A DNA stretch of 63,894 nt, filler included, from Octopus bimaculoides (GCF_001194135.2; 5 parts of 5 records of this genome joined end to end with filler, not necessarily neighbours in it); one strand, 5' to 3'; shown: positions 1-13,039, counted from the whole stretch's first letter. Numbers and translations are program-made. The notes: generated by a model not told the origin, from the letters alone.

Positions 1-399
1 GGCGGTGGTGGTGGCGGTGATGGTGTTGTTGTGGTGGCGGTGGTGGTGGTGGTGGTGTCAATGACAGTGGTGGTCTTTGTTGATATTAATGATGCTTATG
101 ATGGTGGCAATGTGATGTCGTTGCCAATGGCAGTGGAGTTGATGATGACAATAATGTTGGTCAGTTATAGCAATATTGATGATGATGATGATGTTGTTGT
201 GATGATGGTGGTAGAAATGCTGATGTTGATAATGATGATGATGGCGTTGGTGATGGTAAAGGTAAAGTGATGATGTAGATGGTGTTTTTGTTGATATTAT
301 TGATAGTGGGTGGTGAGTGATGGTGGTGGTGGATTAATATAAACAAATATACAGAAAAAAAAAACAGTGAAAAATCTAATTAAAGCAAAGAAAAATTAA

Positions 400-861
400 A
401 TGCTTTGACTTAGTCACAAAGTGGTGATGTCATGATGTTCATGCCTTTTCCCCTTGTGTATTAGCAGAGCATAGTGGAGTGAGAATGAGTATGGACTGAA
501 GTGAGGGTCAAGAGTGAGAGAAAGCAGAGTGAGAGCAGGATGGAGTGAGAGGTGAGTGGAGTGAGGGACAAGTGAAGTGGGAGTAAGGTAGAGTGTAGGG
601 AAGGTGAGAATGGAGTGAGAGAGAGAAGTGAAGGTAGAGTGAAGTAAAAGTAGTGTGGAGTAAAAGTGAAGTGGAGGGAGAGGTGATTCTGAGAGATGAA
701 AAACTGAGTGAGGTAAGGCTGGAGTATAAGTGAAGTGTGAGAAGTGAAAGTCAAGTAAGTGAAACAAGTCAGAGTAGAGTGAGAGAGAAGTGAAAACTGA
801 GTGGAGTAAGACTAGAGTGGAAGTGTAGTGTGAGAAGTGAAAGCCGAGTGGGAATTAAGGG

Positions 862-909
<48 letters not shown>

Positions 910-1030
910 TGAAAACCTAGTGAAGACCAGTGAGGGAATAGAGTGAGAAATAGAAAACCAAGTAAAGAAAGACTTAGAGTGGAGTGCGAGAGAAGTGCAG
1001 GTCAAATCAAATTGAAAGTGAAAGTAAATT
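400..1030. repeat. Purine-rich cryptic simple repeat built on GAGTG/AAGTG pentamers plus (GA)n
   Basis: Recurring gagtg/aagtg/agtga motifs and a (GA)n tract near 868-903; overlapping ORFs are compositionally biased. Confidence 0.8.
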
Positions 1031-1272
1031 TGAAATGGAAACCAATCTTTGACCAGGGATTGAAACCGTGTCCTCAACGAAAACTATAAAGGGTTGTGGC
1101 AGTTGCAGTGTTGTTCTACTCGGCAGGAGACGAGAAATAATTATAATAAAGATAGTAGAGTAATGATAATAATAATAATAATAACACAACAATAATAATA
1201 CTAAGAATAATATAAATGATAATAATAGTAGTAGTGATAATAGTGAGTTATTTAAAAGGGAGCGAACAAGAA

Positions 1273-1306
<34 letters not shown>

Positions 1307-1431
1307 ATATAAAGGGGGAAGGAGTGATGTAATGGCTTTCAACACTTTCCCTGACTGTAAAATGATAAGAATAAGAGAAATAGTAATTGTAGCGAGGTAG
1401 TATTATTTATGATACCAAGCTGCAAAGATAC

Positions 1432-1473
<42 letters not shown>

Positions 1474-2482
1474 NNNNNNNNNNNNNNNNNNNNNNNNNNN
1501 NNNNNNNNNNNNNNNNNNNNNNNNNNNNNNNNNNNNNNNNNNNNNNNNNNNNNNNNNNNNNNNNNNNNNNNNNNNNNNNNNNNNNNNNNNNNNNNNNNNN
1601 NNNNNNNNNNNNNNNNNNNNNNNNNNNNNNNNNNNNNNNNNNNNNNNNNNNNNNNNNNNNNNNNNNNNNNNNNNNNNNNNNNNNNNNNNNNNNNNNNNNN
1701 NNNNNNNNNNNNNNNNNNNNNNNNNNNNNNNNNNNNNNNNNNNNNNNNNNNNNNNNNNNNNNNNNNNNNNNNNNNNNNNNNNNNNNNNNNNNNNNNNNNN
1801 NNNNNNNNNNNNNNNNNNNNNNNNNNNNNNNNNNNNNNNNNNNNNNNNNNNNNNNNNNNNNNNNNNNNNNNNNNNNNNNNNNNNNNNNNNNNNNNNNNNN
1901 NNNNNNNNNNNNNNNNNNNNNNNNNNNNNNNNNNNNNNNNNNNNNNNNNNNNNNNNNNNNNNNNNNNNNNNNNNNNNNNNNNNNNNNNNNNNNNNNNNNN
2001 NNNNNNNNNNNNNNNNNNNNNNNNNNNNNNNNNNNNNNNNNNNNNNNNNNNNNNNNNNNNNNNNNNNNNNNNNNNNNNNNNNNNNNNNNNNNNNNNNNNN
2101 NNNNNNNNNNNNNNNNNNNNNNNNNNNNNNNNNNNNNNNNNNNNNNNNNNNNNNNNNNNNNNNNNNNNNNNNNNNNNNNNNNNATGTTATTATTAAAATA
2201 TTAATTCTTCCGTTTAACATTAAATTGTTTTGATATATAACTTAGCATAAAAACATATATATATATATATATTATATATACGAGAAAAGATGGCCAGCAA
2301 CATATGATGTTGTGGTGTGCAAACTTCCCACCAGAAAGGCTGTTTATTTAGCAAGCAGCATGAAGTAAAATCTCAGCAATTTATCTAATGAGGTGACAAG
2401 TGGGACTGAAACCCAATTGCTTGTATTTAGCTTTCAGCTAGCCAAACCACTGTTGTGCTATCTCTCTGTTGCTTCTCTGCAG

Positions 2483-2554
2483 CTTCTATGGAAGCTGATT
2501 TACGTCAAAATTTATTGAGAGATCAAATGAAAAAACAAAAAAAATTTCTTGTAG
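2483..2554 (+). CDS. Candidate isolated 72-bp coding exon (phase 1/1), xSMEADLRQNLLRDQMKKQKKFLV, product unknown
   Basis: Strong acceptor tctctctgttgcttctctgcag| and donor GTAG|gtaaga; symmetric phase, open frame, non-repetitive upstream flank; no homology recognised. Confidence 0.4.
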
Positions 2555-3409
2555 GTAAGATGCAAGAGAAAGAAGTGCGATGATGAGGAATAAGTTGAAA
2601 TCGTTCGTTCGGTCGGTCAAGGGAGACGAAGGAAGAGGGGGCGAAGATGTGACCTGAATGAACTTGTACTAAGACTGGCGAAAGAGGAAGTGGATGAGGA
2701 AGTGGAGAAGGACGAAGAGGAGAAGTAGGAGAGGAGCAGAAGGAGTGGGTAGAGGCGAGAGATGACGAGACTACTACTGCTGACGATGATGCTGTTGCTA
2801 CGAGATTTCAAACTGTTGTGATCCATTGCAGTGTAACAAGAACAAACACGTGGCGCCCTCTTCATCACCAGTATTGACGTTGTCATTACCGTGACAACGA
2901 GAAGAAGGATATGGTGTAATATGAAGATGACAACAAGGAAGAACAAGAGGTGAAGAGACAAAGAATAATAATAATAATAATAATAATAACGATAATGTTT
3001 TCTAATGCAAAATTTTTCAGATATACTGGGTGTGTATTGTTGAGTAAATCAATACCAATAGTCAGGCAACAAATAATAATAATAATAATAATAATAATGA
3101 GGAGGAGGAAGAGGGGATGGAAGGCTATTTGCAAGAATATTTCTGATAACGAAGAAGTAAGTTATCGAATGAAAAGATGATTCTGATAATGAATGAAGAC
3201 AATAATGAAGAAAATTCACAGAATCACAGAATAAATTAATGAATGAATGAATGAATGAAAGGCAAACAGACAGAATGAATGAATGAATTAATTAATGTTA
3301 TTTAATGAAAGAAATAATGAAAATATATCAAAATATATTTCTTTTCATAAATTTCTTAAAAATATCTTTAAAATACCATGGCGGAAAGAAAAAATAATCT
3401 CAAAAGATG

Positions 3410-3665
3410 TTTTGTCAATAAATTATTTTTGTCAAATTGTTGTCAAATTATGTCCGTCAGCAGATAATTTTTTTGTCAAATTATCTTTGTCAACAAAATA
3501 TTTTCATCAAATTAATTTTGTCAACGAAATCATTTTTGTCAAATTATTTTCATCAACAAATTATTTCCTCCCAATTATGTTTGTCAACAAAATATTTCTG
3601 TCAATAAAATATTTTTGACAATAAAATTATTTCTGTCAAATTGTTTGTCAACAAATGATTTTATG
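3410..3665. repeat. Degenerate AT-rich minisatellite, core AAATTATTTTTGTCAA(C)
   Basis: More than 10 imperfect copies of aaattatttt..tgtcaa visible in tandem. Confidence 0.75.
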
Positions 3666-5171
3666 AAATAAGAAGCAAAAATAAAATATCTTTTCAAAAT
3701 CATTAAGAAAAGAATTTGGCGTTTGTAATGATGTTGGTGCTGATGTTATTGGGGGGGTGGGGGTCCAAAGATACAAAGATGTTTTTTTTCTCTTAATTTT
3801 ACCAAAGGCTCTTTTACTGAGACAGAACTAAAGGAGAGAGAGTAAAACAGACAGAATCTGCAAAAGTCAGACAAGTAGAGATACGGAGAGAGACAGACAG
3901 ACAGATAGAGAGTAAGAGAGAGGAAAAGAGAAACAAAGAGAGACAGGGATACAACAAAAGAAAGCAAGATGAAAAGTGAGAGAGAGAGAGAGAGCAAGAG
4001 AGAACTATAAAAAGAGAGAGAGGGACAAAGAGTGGTGATTACAGTGACAGACAGGTTGATAGATAGAGAGAAAGCAAGAGAGAAATAGAAAGAGAGAGAG
4101 ATAAAGAGTGAAGAATATAGAAACAGATAGATAGATAGATAGATAGACAGATAGTCAGATATATAGACAGATAGTCAGATAGACAGACAGTCAGATAGAC
4201 AGATAGATAGATAGACAAAGAAAGAAAGACACAGGCAGATATTATGTCAGATTAGAAAGAGAAGAGAAGAGTAGCACCGAACCACACAAAAGAATTGCCC
4301 CAAGACAACATCAAGAAAACAACAGTGCACTCTTGTTTGTGTCTACAGCAAGCAACAGGTCTGCCTGTGTCACCAACACCACAATGATGATGGCAAGAAT
4401 TATGAATGCAGTAGGCTACAATGCTGCTGCTGCAGATGATGATGATGATGACAATGATGACGATGATGATGATGATGACGGGAGGTCAGAGTTTAAAAAT
4501 GGCTGTGATAGGATGTTAGATTGTGAGACTTCAGTGGCAGTCAATTCCAGGAGAGGATGGAGTGTGTGTGTGGTGGGGGAGGTTAGAAACGGGGGGGGGA
4601 CCACGGTGGAGCAGGGGGGTGGGGGTGAATTGGGTTTGCTGATGGGACAAAAGATGGAGGAAGAAGTTGTAGAGGTGGCAGTAGTGGTGGTGGTTGGTGG
4701 CAGTAGTGGTGGTGGTGGCAGTAGCGGCAGTGGTGGCAGCGGCGGTGGTGGTAGGAATATTGTTCTCAATAAGAGAAAATGATGGATGAATGGCGAACAG
4801 AGGGATGAATGGAGGGGATAGATGGATGCTGAGAGCAAATGGCAAAAACGGTGGAAACTGACAGAAAAATAAAAGAAAATGGATGTTCCTTTTCTGAAAA
4901 CAGATTACAGTATATCAATATCCAAATAATACTATGTATGCATGTGTATGCAGATGTTTATGTATATTATATCACATATATTATATATATATATATATAA
5001 TATATATATATATATATTGTATTATATATATTATATATACATATATATATTTGTTATTATATTAGCATATAATACATTTTTATTATAAATATATTACATT
5101 GTATATAATATATTAAACATGTATATTTATATTATCTATATCATATATATATTATATTATGTATACATACA

Positions 5172-5212
<41 letters not shown>

Positions 5213-6012
5213 ATTTATATTTACTATATGTGCATTAATTACAAATGCGTCGCTTTACATGTATATATACATATATAAATATAAATGCTCAGATGTGCAA
5301 AACAATATTGTAGTGCACTGAACACATGTAGCAACATGTGGGAGAATCACTGTGTTCGTGCGACCCAGATAGCATTCGCTGCTACTCCGAGTACACCAAT
5401 AGCTGCATCCAAAATGCTTTAAGGACCAAACACAATAAACACACTACAAATATACACACATGCAGACATTTACATAAATAAATGTATATATGTATATATA
5501 TATATATATATNNNNNNNNNNATATATATATAACACTATGTACAGAATAGCAAAAGGCACTGATCCTCTGTATCTTCAGATCAACAATGTTAACCCAAAA
5601 GGAAGTCAGATCATGGAGGTGTAGCAACTATAGTTAGTAGTTTTGAGCCCCTAAATCAGTCCTGATTGAGCAGACCTATGATCAAAAGGCAACCCAGCCT
5701 CGACCACCCCGTTGCATTTGTTTTTGTTCTGGCATAGTGCATCTAGGATTCACATTTTCCAAGACCCATCTTTTCTTTCCCTCTTGCATATACTTTTTAT
5801 TTATTGTTTTAATGACAGTTGGGTGCAGTACAGGCCGAGGGAGATCTCGCTATTATTTCTGATTGGTCGAGTGACCACCTAAGGGCTTCCAAGATGAGAC
5901 AGTTGAGCTTTGTACAGACATATAGACACACAGACAGACAGCTGATGAAGATGGATTTTCCTGCACTCCACCACTTTGCTATGTATGCTTGTAAATGTAC
6001 AATACATATATA

Positions 6013-6048
<36 letters not shown>

Positions 6049-7139
6049 GTCCTGTTCTGTTCTTGATTAAATATAAAAAGACTGATGGTGGTGAGTGATG
6101 GATTTCAAATAATGTTGAATTTGAAATTAGATGACGCTCTCTTCGTAATATTCTACTGTGTCCCTTTGGTGATGAGACTGACTGAGAAGATGATGACGAT
6201 GATGATGATGATGACAGAAAAGAAAATGGAAGAATTAGAAGATGACCATGGCAAGCAATGATGACAAGAAGAAGAAGAAGAAGAAGAAGAAGAAAGAGAG
6301 ACTGACAACCAAGACCGAGTCCAATTCACGTCGCAGCTACAAACTCGTCAGGCGTGGATGAAGCAATACGCATAAGTGATGCACTTGGCGTTGCAAGAAA
6401 TGGAGTAAAAACGGCACAACAGGGTACAACAATGGCAGGGCCACACGAGGCACCAAGGTGTGAATCGTGACACAATAAAAAAAAAATTTTTTAAACTTTN
6501 NNNNNNNNNNNNNNNNNNNNNNNNNNNNNNNNNNNNNNNNNNNNNNNNNNNNNNNNNNNNNNNNNNNNNNNNNNNNNNNNNNNNNNNNNNNNNNNNNNNN
6601 NNNNNNNNNNNNNNNNNNNNNNNNNNNNNNNNNNNNNNNNNNNNNNNNNNNNNNNNNNNNNNNNNNNNNNNNNNNNNNNNNNNNNNNNNNNNNNNNNNNN
6701 NNNNNNNNNNNNNNNNNNNNNNNNNNNNNNNNNNNNNNNNNNNNNNNNNNNNNNNNNNNNNNNNNNNNNNNNNNNNNNNNNNNNNNNNNNNNNNNNNNNN
6801 NNNNNNNNNNNNNNNNNNNNNNNNNNNNNNNNNNNNNNNNNNNNNNNNNNNNNNNNNNNNNNNNNNNNNNNNNNNNNNNNNNNNNNNNNNNNNNNNNNNN
6901 NNNNNNNNNNNNNNNNNNNNNNNNNNNNNNNNNNNNNNNNNNNNNNNNNNNNNNNNNNNNNNNNNNNNNNNNNNNNNNNNNNNNNNNNNNNNNNNNNNNN
7001 NNNNNNNNNNNNNNNNNNNNNNNNNNNNNNNNNNNNNNNNNNNNNNNNNNNNNNNNNNNNCGGGTACTAAAACATCACTGCCAAAAAAGATGGAAAAAGT
7101 GGAGAGGGATCCGTTGTTGGTCCAATACTCCATTAGCAT

Positions 7140-7843
7140 CTCCGAGGCAACAGGCTGCTGCTGTCGCTGTTAACAGTTGTAATTCCAGTTATATTCCTAT
7201 TGATGTTGTTGTTGTAGTCGCTGCTACTGCTGCTGCAGTTGATATGTGTATATCAGTGGTGGTGGTGGTGGCGACAAGGAGGGGGAACTACGAGACACAA
7301 CACCAGCTGCTGTTAAACTGCAACTACTACTACTAATGCTGCTGACGTTGCTGCTGCTGCTGCTGGTGATGATTATAATAAAGATGCTGCTGCTGTTGTT
7401 GTTGTTGGCGCTGCTGCTGTTCCTATCATTGCTGCTGTTGATGGTAATCCTGCCGCTGCTGCTGTTAGTGGCGATTATGATAAAGACGTTGCTGCTGCCG
7501 TTGGCGCTGCTGCTGCTGCTTGTGTTCCTGTTGATGACGATGACGACAACAATAGGGATGTTGTTGCTGATATTGCTGATGATGATGACGATGACAACAA
7601 TGATGGTGTAGTTGTTATTCCTGCTGCTGCTGCTGCTGCTGCAGTCTTGGTTAAACAATGTCTGTATGTGTACAACAGGAGACGACGCCTGCAGCAGATG
7701 CAGCTGCTGCTGCTAACACTGGCTTCGATGCTGCTAACGATGATAGTGATGGTAATGATGCTACTGCTGGTGCCGTTGGTGCTGCAGTAGTCTAGTGTAT
7801 GTAGAATGGGAGACAACTACAACTGCTGCTGCTGCTGCTGCTG

Positions 7844-7879
<36 letters not shown>

Positions 7880-8090
7880 AAACTGCCACTGTTCTTATTA
7901 TGATGGTGATGATCGTGAAGGTGATGGTGGGGATGGTGGCAGTGCCATTGTTGCTGAGTGGCAGCAACAGAGCAGCTGCTGCAGTTGTTGTTGCTGTTGT
8001 TGTTGTATGCACTGTTGCAGTCGATGATAGCTCGCAGAGTTTGGTGGTGGTGGTCGTGGTAGGAGGAGCAGTAAAACTGACAGAAATGCA
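7140..8090. repeat. Compound trinucleotide low-complexity block (GCT/GAT/GTT/ACT) with internal duplications
   Basis: Runs of (gct)n, (gat)n, (act)n; stops interrupt the frames inspected, so no single long ORF. Confidence 0.8.
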
Positions 8091-8112
8091 GACATGTATG
8101 TATGTATGTATG

Positions 8113-8158
<46 letters not shown>

Positions 8159-8662
8159 CAGAAAGGGAGAAAGAGACAGACAGACAGAGAGTGTGATGGA
8201 TAGACNNNNNNNNNNNNNNNNNNNNNNNNNNNNNNNNNNNNNNNNNNNNNNNNNNNNNNNNNNNNNNNNNNNNNNNNNNNNNNNNNNNNNNNNNNNNNNN
8301 NNNNNNNNNNNNNNNNNNNNNNNNNNNNNNNNNNNNNNNNNNNNNNNNNNNNNNNNNNNNNNNNNNNNNNNNNNNNNNNNNNNNNNNNNNNNNNNNNNNN
8401 NNNNNNNNNNNNNNNNNNNNNNNNNNNNNNNNNNNNNNNNNNNNNNNNNNNNNNNNNNNNNNNNNNNNNNNNNNNNNNNNNNNNNNNNNNNNNNNNNNNN
8501 NNNNNNNNNNNNNNNNNNNNNNNNNNNNNNNNNNNNNNNNNNNNNNNNNNNNNNNNNNNNNNNNNNNNNNNNNNNNNNNNNNNNNNNNNNNNNNNNNNNN
8601 NNNNNNNNNNNNNNNNNNNNNNNNNNNNNNNNNNNNNNNNNNNNNNNNNNNNNNNNNNNNNN

Positions 8663-8709
<47 letters not shown>

Positions 8710-8964
8710 GACAAACATATGAACAGATACATAGATGTACGTGTGTGTGTGAGGTTCTCCTGTCAATTTCAACATATGAGGGCCCTACAACCAATATTAT
8801 AATATTTAGGATTGCCACGCAGATGGTTTGCTTTTAGTAAGGAAGACTCATATAGGACCAGACACACTTAGGGGGAAATGTTGGTAGCAGAGAGTTGGGG
8901 CAAATGTTTGTCACAAACTCAATAAACAACACATCTCAGGTTTTCTTTTCTCCGAGTTCTTCTC

Positions 8965-9260
8965 CAAGTGAAGATTCCCGGACCAAGCTGTGTATTGTGT
9001 TCTTGAGCAAGACTCTTTATTTTACATTGCTCCAGTTCATTTCAGCTGTAGAAATGAGTTGCAGCATCACTGGTGCCAAGCTGTATCAGCCCCTTTGCCT
9101 TTCCTGTGGATAACATCGGTGGCATGGAATGGGGGAAGCTGGTATGCATGGGTAACTGCTGGTCTTCCATAAACAACCTTGCTTAGACCCATGCCTTGCA
9201 GGGGAACTTGCTAGGTGCAATCCTATTGGTCATTCATGACCAAAGAGAACTCTTACCCTT
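8965..9260 (+). mobile_element. tRNA-derived SINE body (family B; central tgtgttcttgagcaagac...ttgctccagttcattcagctgta domain)
   Basis: Central domain shared with the copy at 29855-30105. Confidence 0.65.
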
Positions 9261-9626
9261 CACCATTTCTTCTCCATCTCCTGGGTTAGTTGACTTTGCA
9301 ATTTCTAAGTTTTTGCGTGTGTGCATATGTAATCATCATCATCCTCATCATCATCCTTTAATGATCGCTTTCCATGCTGGCATGGGTTGGACAGTTTGAC
9401 CAGAACTGGGAAGCAAGGAGAGCTACACTAGGCTCCAGTCTAATTTAGCTAGGTTTGTTCATGTCCCTGTGAGTTAGCGGTTTGGCAAAAAGTGACCAAC
9501 AGAGTAAGTACCAAACCTTAAAAAAAAAGTTTTGGGGTCAATACATTCAACAAAAAGTTCTTCAAGGTGGTGCCCCAGCATGGCCACAGTTTAATGACAT
9601 TCATCATCATCACCATTTAACATCCA

Positions 9627-9869
9627 TTGTTGTTGTTGGCACTCCGTCGCTTATGATGTCGAGGGTTCCAGTTGATCCAATCAACGGAACAGCTTGCTCA
9701 TGAAATTAACATGCAAGTGACTGAGCACTCCACAGACACGTGTACCCTTAATGTAGTTCTCGGGGATATTCAGCGTGACACAGTGTGACAAGGCTGACTC
9801 CTTTGAATTACAGGCACAACAGAAACAGGAAGTAAAAGTGAGAGAAAGTTGTGGTGAAAGAGTACAGCA
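9627..9869 (-). mobile_element. SINE family E, 3' two-thirds, with (CAA)n tail
   Basis: Near-identical to 15161-15483 and 60480-60864; breaks off where the RLE LINE fragment begins. Confidence 0.85.
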
Positions 9870-10330
9870 GATATTATTATAAAAGATCAGACAAAGATGT
9901 GTTTATTAATTGATATGTGTATTCTTTGCGATCATAATATAGCGGTGAAAGAATTTGACAAGATCAGTAAATATTAAGACTTGCTAATAGAAATTGAAAA
10001 ACTGTGGCATCTCAAGGCAGCTACCGTACCAGTGATTGTAGGATCTCTAGGAATGATAAAAAAAGGTACTGAAACCTATTTGAAAATGATACCAGGCTTA
10101 CCATCCCTACAGGAAGTGCAAAAAATCGTGTTGACTGGAACGACTCAAGAGTATTATCGCTGTGAAAACAACATCCATTCATGAACTTATTTATTTATCA
10201 ATATTTTAAAATACATATTTTACCTGTGAATTTGCATGTGTAAACTGGGAATGCATACAATGACTTTCTCTGCCCTAGGTGTACGGAAAACACTCGGCGA
10301 GAAATGCAAGAAAATTTGAAGAAAGAAGAA
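9870..10330 (+). mobile_element. 5'-truncated RLE-type (R4/Dong-like) non-LTR retrotransposon 3' end
   Basis: Translates DIIIKDQTKMCLLIDMCILCDHNIAVKEFDKISKY*DLLIEIEKLWHLKAATVPVIVGSLGMIKKG, a restriction-like endonuclease C-terminus; followed by (CAA)n(TAA)n. Confidence 0.8.
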
Positions 10331-10801
10331 AAACAACAACAACAACAACATAATAATAATAATAATAATAANNNNNNNNNNNNNNNNNNNNNNNNNNNNN
10401 NNNNNNNNNNNNNNNNNNNNNNNNNNNNNNNNNNNNNNNNNNNNNNNNNNNNNNNNNNNNNNNNNNNNNNNNNNNNNNNNNNNNNNNNNNNNNNNNNNNN
10501 NNNNNNNNNNNNNNNNNNNNNNNNNNNNNNNNNNNNNNNNNNNNNNNNNNNNNNNNNNNNNNNNNNNNNNNNNNNNNNNNNNNNNNNNNNNNNNNNNNNN
10601 NNNNNNNNNNNNNNNNNNNNNNNNNNNNNNNNNNNNNNNNNNNNNNNNNNNNNNNNNNNNNNNNNNNNNNNNNNNNNNNNNNNNNNNNNNNNNNNNNNNN
10701 NNNNNNNNNNNNNNNNNNNNNNNNNNNNNNNNNNNNNNNNNNNNNNNNNNNNNNNNNNNNNNNNNNNNNNNNNNNNNNNNNNNNNNNNNNNNNNNNNNNN
10801 N

Positions 10802-11160
10802 CTCTGATCATGAGCAGAAGTAGTGGGGGAGCATCATAGCTATGTGCTGAGAGGAATTCTTTGGGGTTTGAATAATTCACCTTTGGAAACATGAGTGTTT
10901 TGCTCAACATCCTTAAACAAACCTTATTCAGGGACCTTTTGAGCAGGATGGGCTACTTGACCTGAAGAAAATTCTAACTGGGCCCCACCTGCGAGGTCAT
11001 GCGCTGATTATCTTGATATGAGATCACCATGTCGCGCACATATGGTTGTGATGCATGTGCCTGGTGTACCCTTATCAGACGGGTAGTCATGATGGGTATA
11101 ATGGGCTTCGTATATTTTACCCCAGTGTCACTTTGATGGCATGCCCTGCTCTCTCACTCA
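10802..11160 (+). repeat. Interspersed retroelement-like 3' segment ending in a (TAA)n tail
   Basis: Non-simple sequence ending ...ctctctcactc followed directly by (aat)n; class not determinable from this window. Confidence 0.4.
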
Positions 11161-11209
11161 ATAATAATAATAAATATAATAATGATAATAATAATATTAA
11201 TTAATATTA

Positions 11210-11428
11210 ATCCTTTCTGCTAAAGGGACAAGGCCTGAAATTTTGGTGGGAAGGGACTAGCCAATTACATTGACCTCCAGTGGGTCACTGGTACTTAATT
11301 CATTGACCTCAAAAGGATGAAAGGCAAAATTGACCCCGGCGGAATTTGAACTCAGAACACAGCAGCAGACAAAATACTGCTAAGCATTTCACCTGGCGTG
11401 CTAAAGATTCTGCCAGCTCACCGCCTTA
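11210..11428 (-). mobile_element. SINE family A (head AGGCGGCGAGCTGGCAGAA..., B-box-like GAGTTCAAATTC)
   Basis: Matches about 10 other copies in the window (12366-12585, 12900-12997, 13270-13440, 23375-23530 plus strand, 27000-27220, 27960-28125, 29455-29678, 46850-47020). Confidence 0.85.
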
Positions 11429-11451
11429 ATCATAATAATAATAATTAATTC

Positions 11452-12362
11452 GTTTTATTGGCCACAAGGGCTAATATCAATTAAAAACATATAAGGACAA
11501 AGACAGGACGAAGGTTACAAAAGGTTTTGTCCGAAAAGGTAGGAAAGTTTGTCTAAACAGAGGAAGAAAACGTATAAAGATATAATAAATAAATAGATAA
11601 ATAAATAAGTAGAACTCCCANNNNNNNNNNNNNNNNNNNNNNNNNNNNNNNNNNNNNNNNNNNNNNNNNNNNNNNNNNNNNNNNNNNNNNNNNNNNNNNN
11701 NNNNNNNNNNNNNNNNNNNNNNNNNNNNNNNNNNNNNNNNNNNNNNNNNNNNNNNNNNNNNNNNNNNNNNNNNNNNNNNNNNNNNNNNNNNNNNNNNNNN
11801 NNNNNNNNNNNNNNNNNNNNNNNNNNNNNNNNNNNNNNNNNNNNNNNNNNNNNNNNNNNNNNNNNNNNNNNNNNNNNNNNNNNNNNNNNNNNNNNNNNNN
11901 NNNNNNNNNNNNNNNNNNNNNNNNNNNNNNNNNNNNNNNNNNNNNNNNNNNNNNNNNNNNNNNNNNNNNNNNNNNNNNNNNNNNNNNNNNNNNNNNNNNN
12001 NNNNNNNCCATTCTTCCAACAGTCACCCATCTTTCAACGAATTTGCTATGAGACAGCACTTCCCTCTCTACTCTCATCTTCCTTTTCAAGTGGAACTTGA
12101 AAAAGTTGATGAGGCCTTGGCCAAAGAGGAAAGTGTCTGTCTTTAGCCCTTTCAAACGGGTCCACCATATCACCTCTTTCACTACAGCCACTAGGCATAG
12201 GAAAATTGCCTGCCCTCCTGGTTAAAGGAGGTCGGCGGGTCAATTCTGACGATGGATCCAGCTGATAGCCGGATCCGTCCTACACGTGGCAGTAGCTGTT
12301 CAATATAGACCCACAGGTCAGCAATGCTCGGGCACCGGACGAGTGCGTGCAGAACGGTTTCG
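11452..12362 (-). mobile_element. 3' end of a Tx1/L1-clade LINE (ORF2 C-terminus plus 3' UTR), partly in gap
   Basis: Minus frames give ETVLHALVRCPSIADLWVYIEQLL (zinc-knuckle-like C-terminal region) and AVVKEVIWWTRLKGL...KFVERW; 3' UTR ends agcccttgtggccaataaaacgaa. Confidence 0.7.
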
Positions 12363-12599
12363 AATAATGGTTTCAAATTTTATCACAAGGGTAGCAGTTT
12401 TGGGAGGAGGGATTAAGTCGATTACATTGACCCCTAGTATTCAACTGGTACTTGTTTTATCGACACTGAAAGGATGAAATGCAAAGTCGACCTTGGCAGA
12501 ATTTGAACTCACAACATAAGGACAGATGAAATGTTGCTCAGTATTTTGCCTGGCATGCTAACGATTCTGCCTGCTCATTGCCCTAACAATAATAATTAT

Positions 12600-12870
12600 C
12601 ATCATCATCATCGTCGTCGTTCAACGTCCACTTTCCATGCTGGCATGGGTTGGACGGTTTAACTGAAGGCTGGCAAGCCAGGATGTGTACCAAGCTCCAA
12701 TCTGACCTAGCAAGGTTTCTACAGCTGAATGCCCTTCCTAATGACAACCACTCCGAGAGTGTAGTGGGTGCTTTTTACATGCCACTGGCACAAGAGCCAG
12801 TCAGCCAGCACTGGCATCGACCACGCTCAAATGGCGCTTTTTACGTCCTACCAGCACGGGAGCCAGTCAG
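12600..12870 (-). mobile_element. RTE-type LINE 3' UTR or derived element with (GAT)n tail (family D)
   Basis: Same sequence at 9340-9470, 13036-13206, 50345-50552, 54505-54677, 59270-59425; all end ccatgctagcatggaaag.ggacgttaa(cgat)n; clade assignment is inference. Confidence 0.7.
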
Positions 12871-12995
12871 GAAGTAATGACAACGATCATGCTCGAAAGT
12901 TGACCCCAGAAGCATTTGAACTCAGAACATAGCGGCAGACGAAATACCGCTAAGCATTTCACCCGGCTTGCTAACAATTCTGCCAGCTCACCACC

Positions 12996-13039
<44 letters not shown>

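Noticed and set aside
7224-7816. Poly-Ser/Ala/Gln ORFs suggesting a low-complexity coding exon
   Set aside because: Frames broken by stops; explained by trinucleotide repeats
9257-9304. 48-nt minus-strand exon with GTAAGA donor
   Set aside because: Donor coincides with the 3' end of a SINE; acceptor lacks a pyrimidine tract
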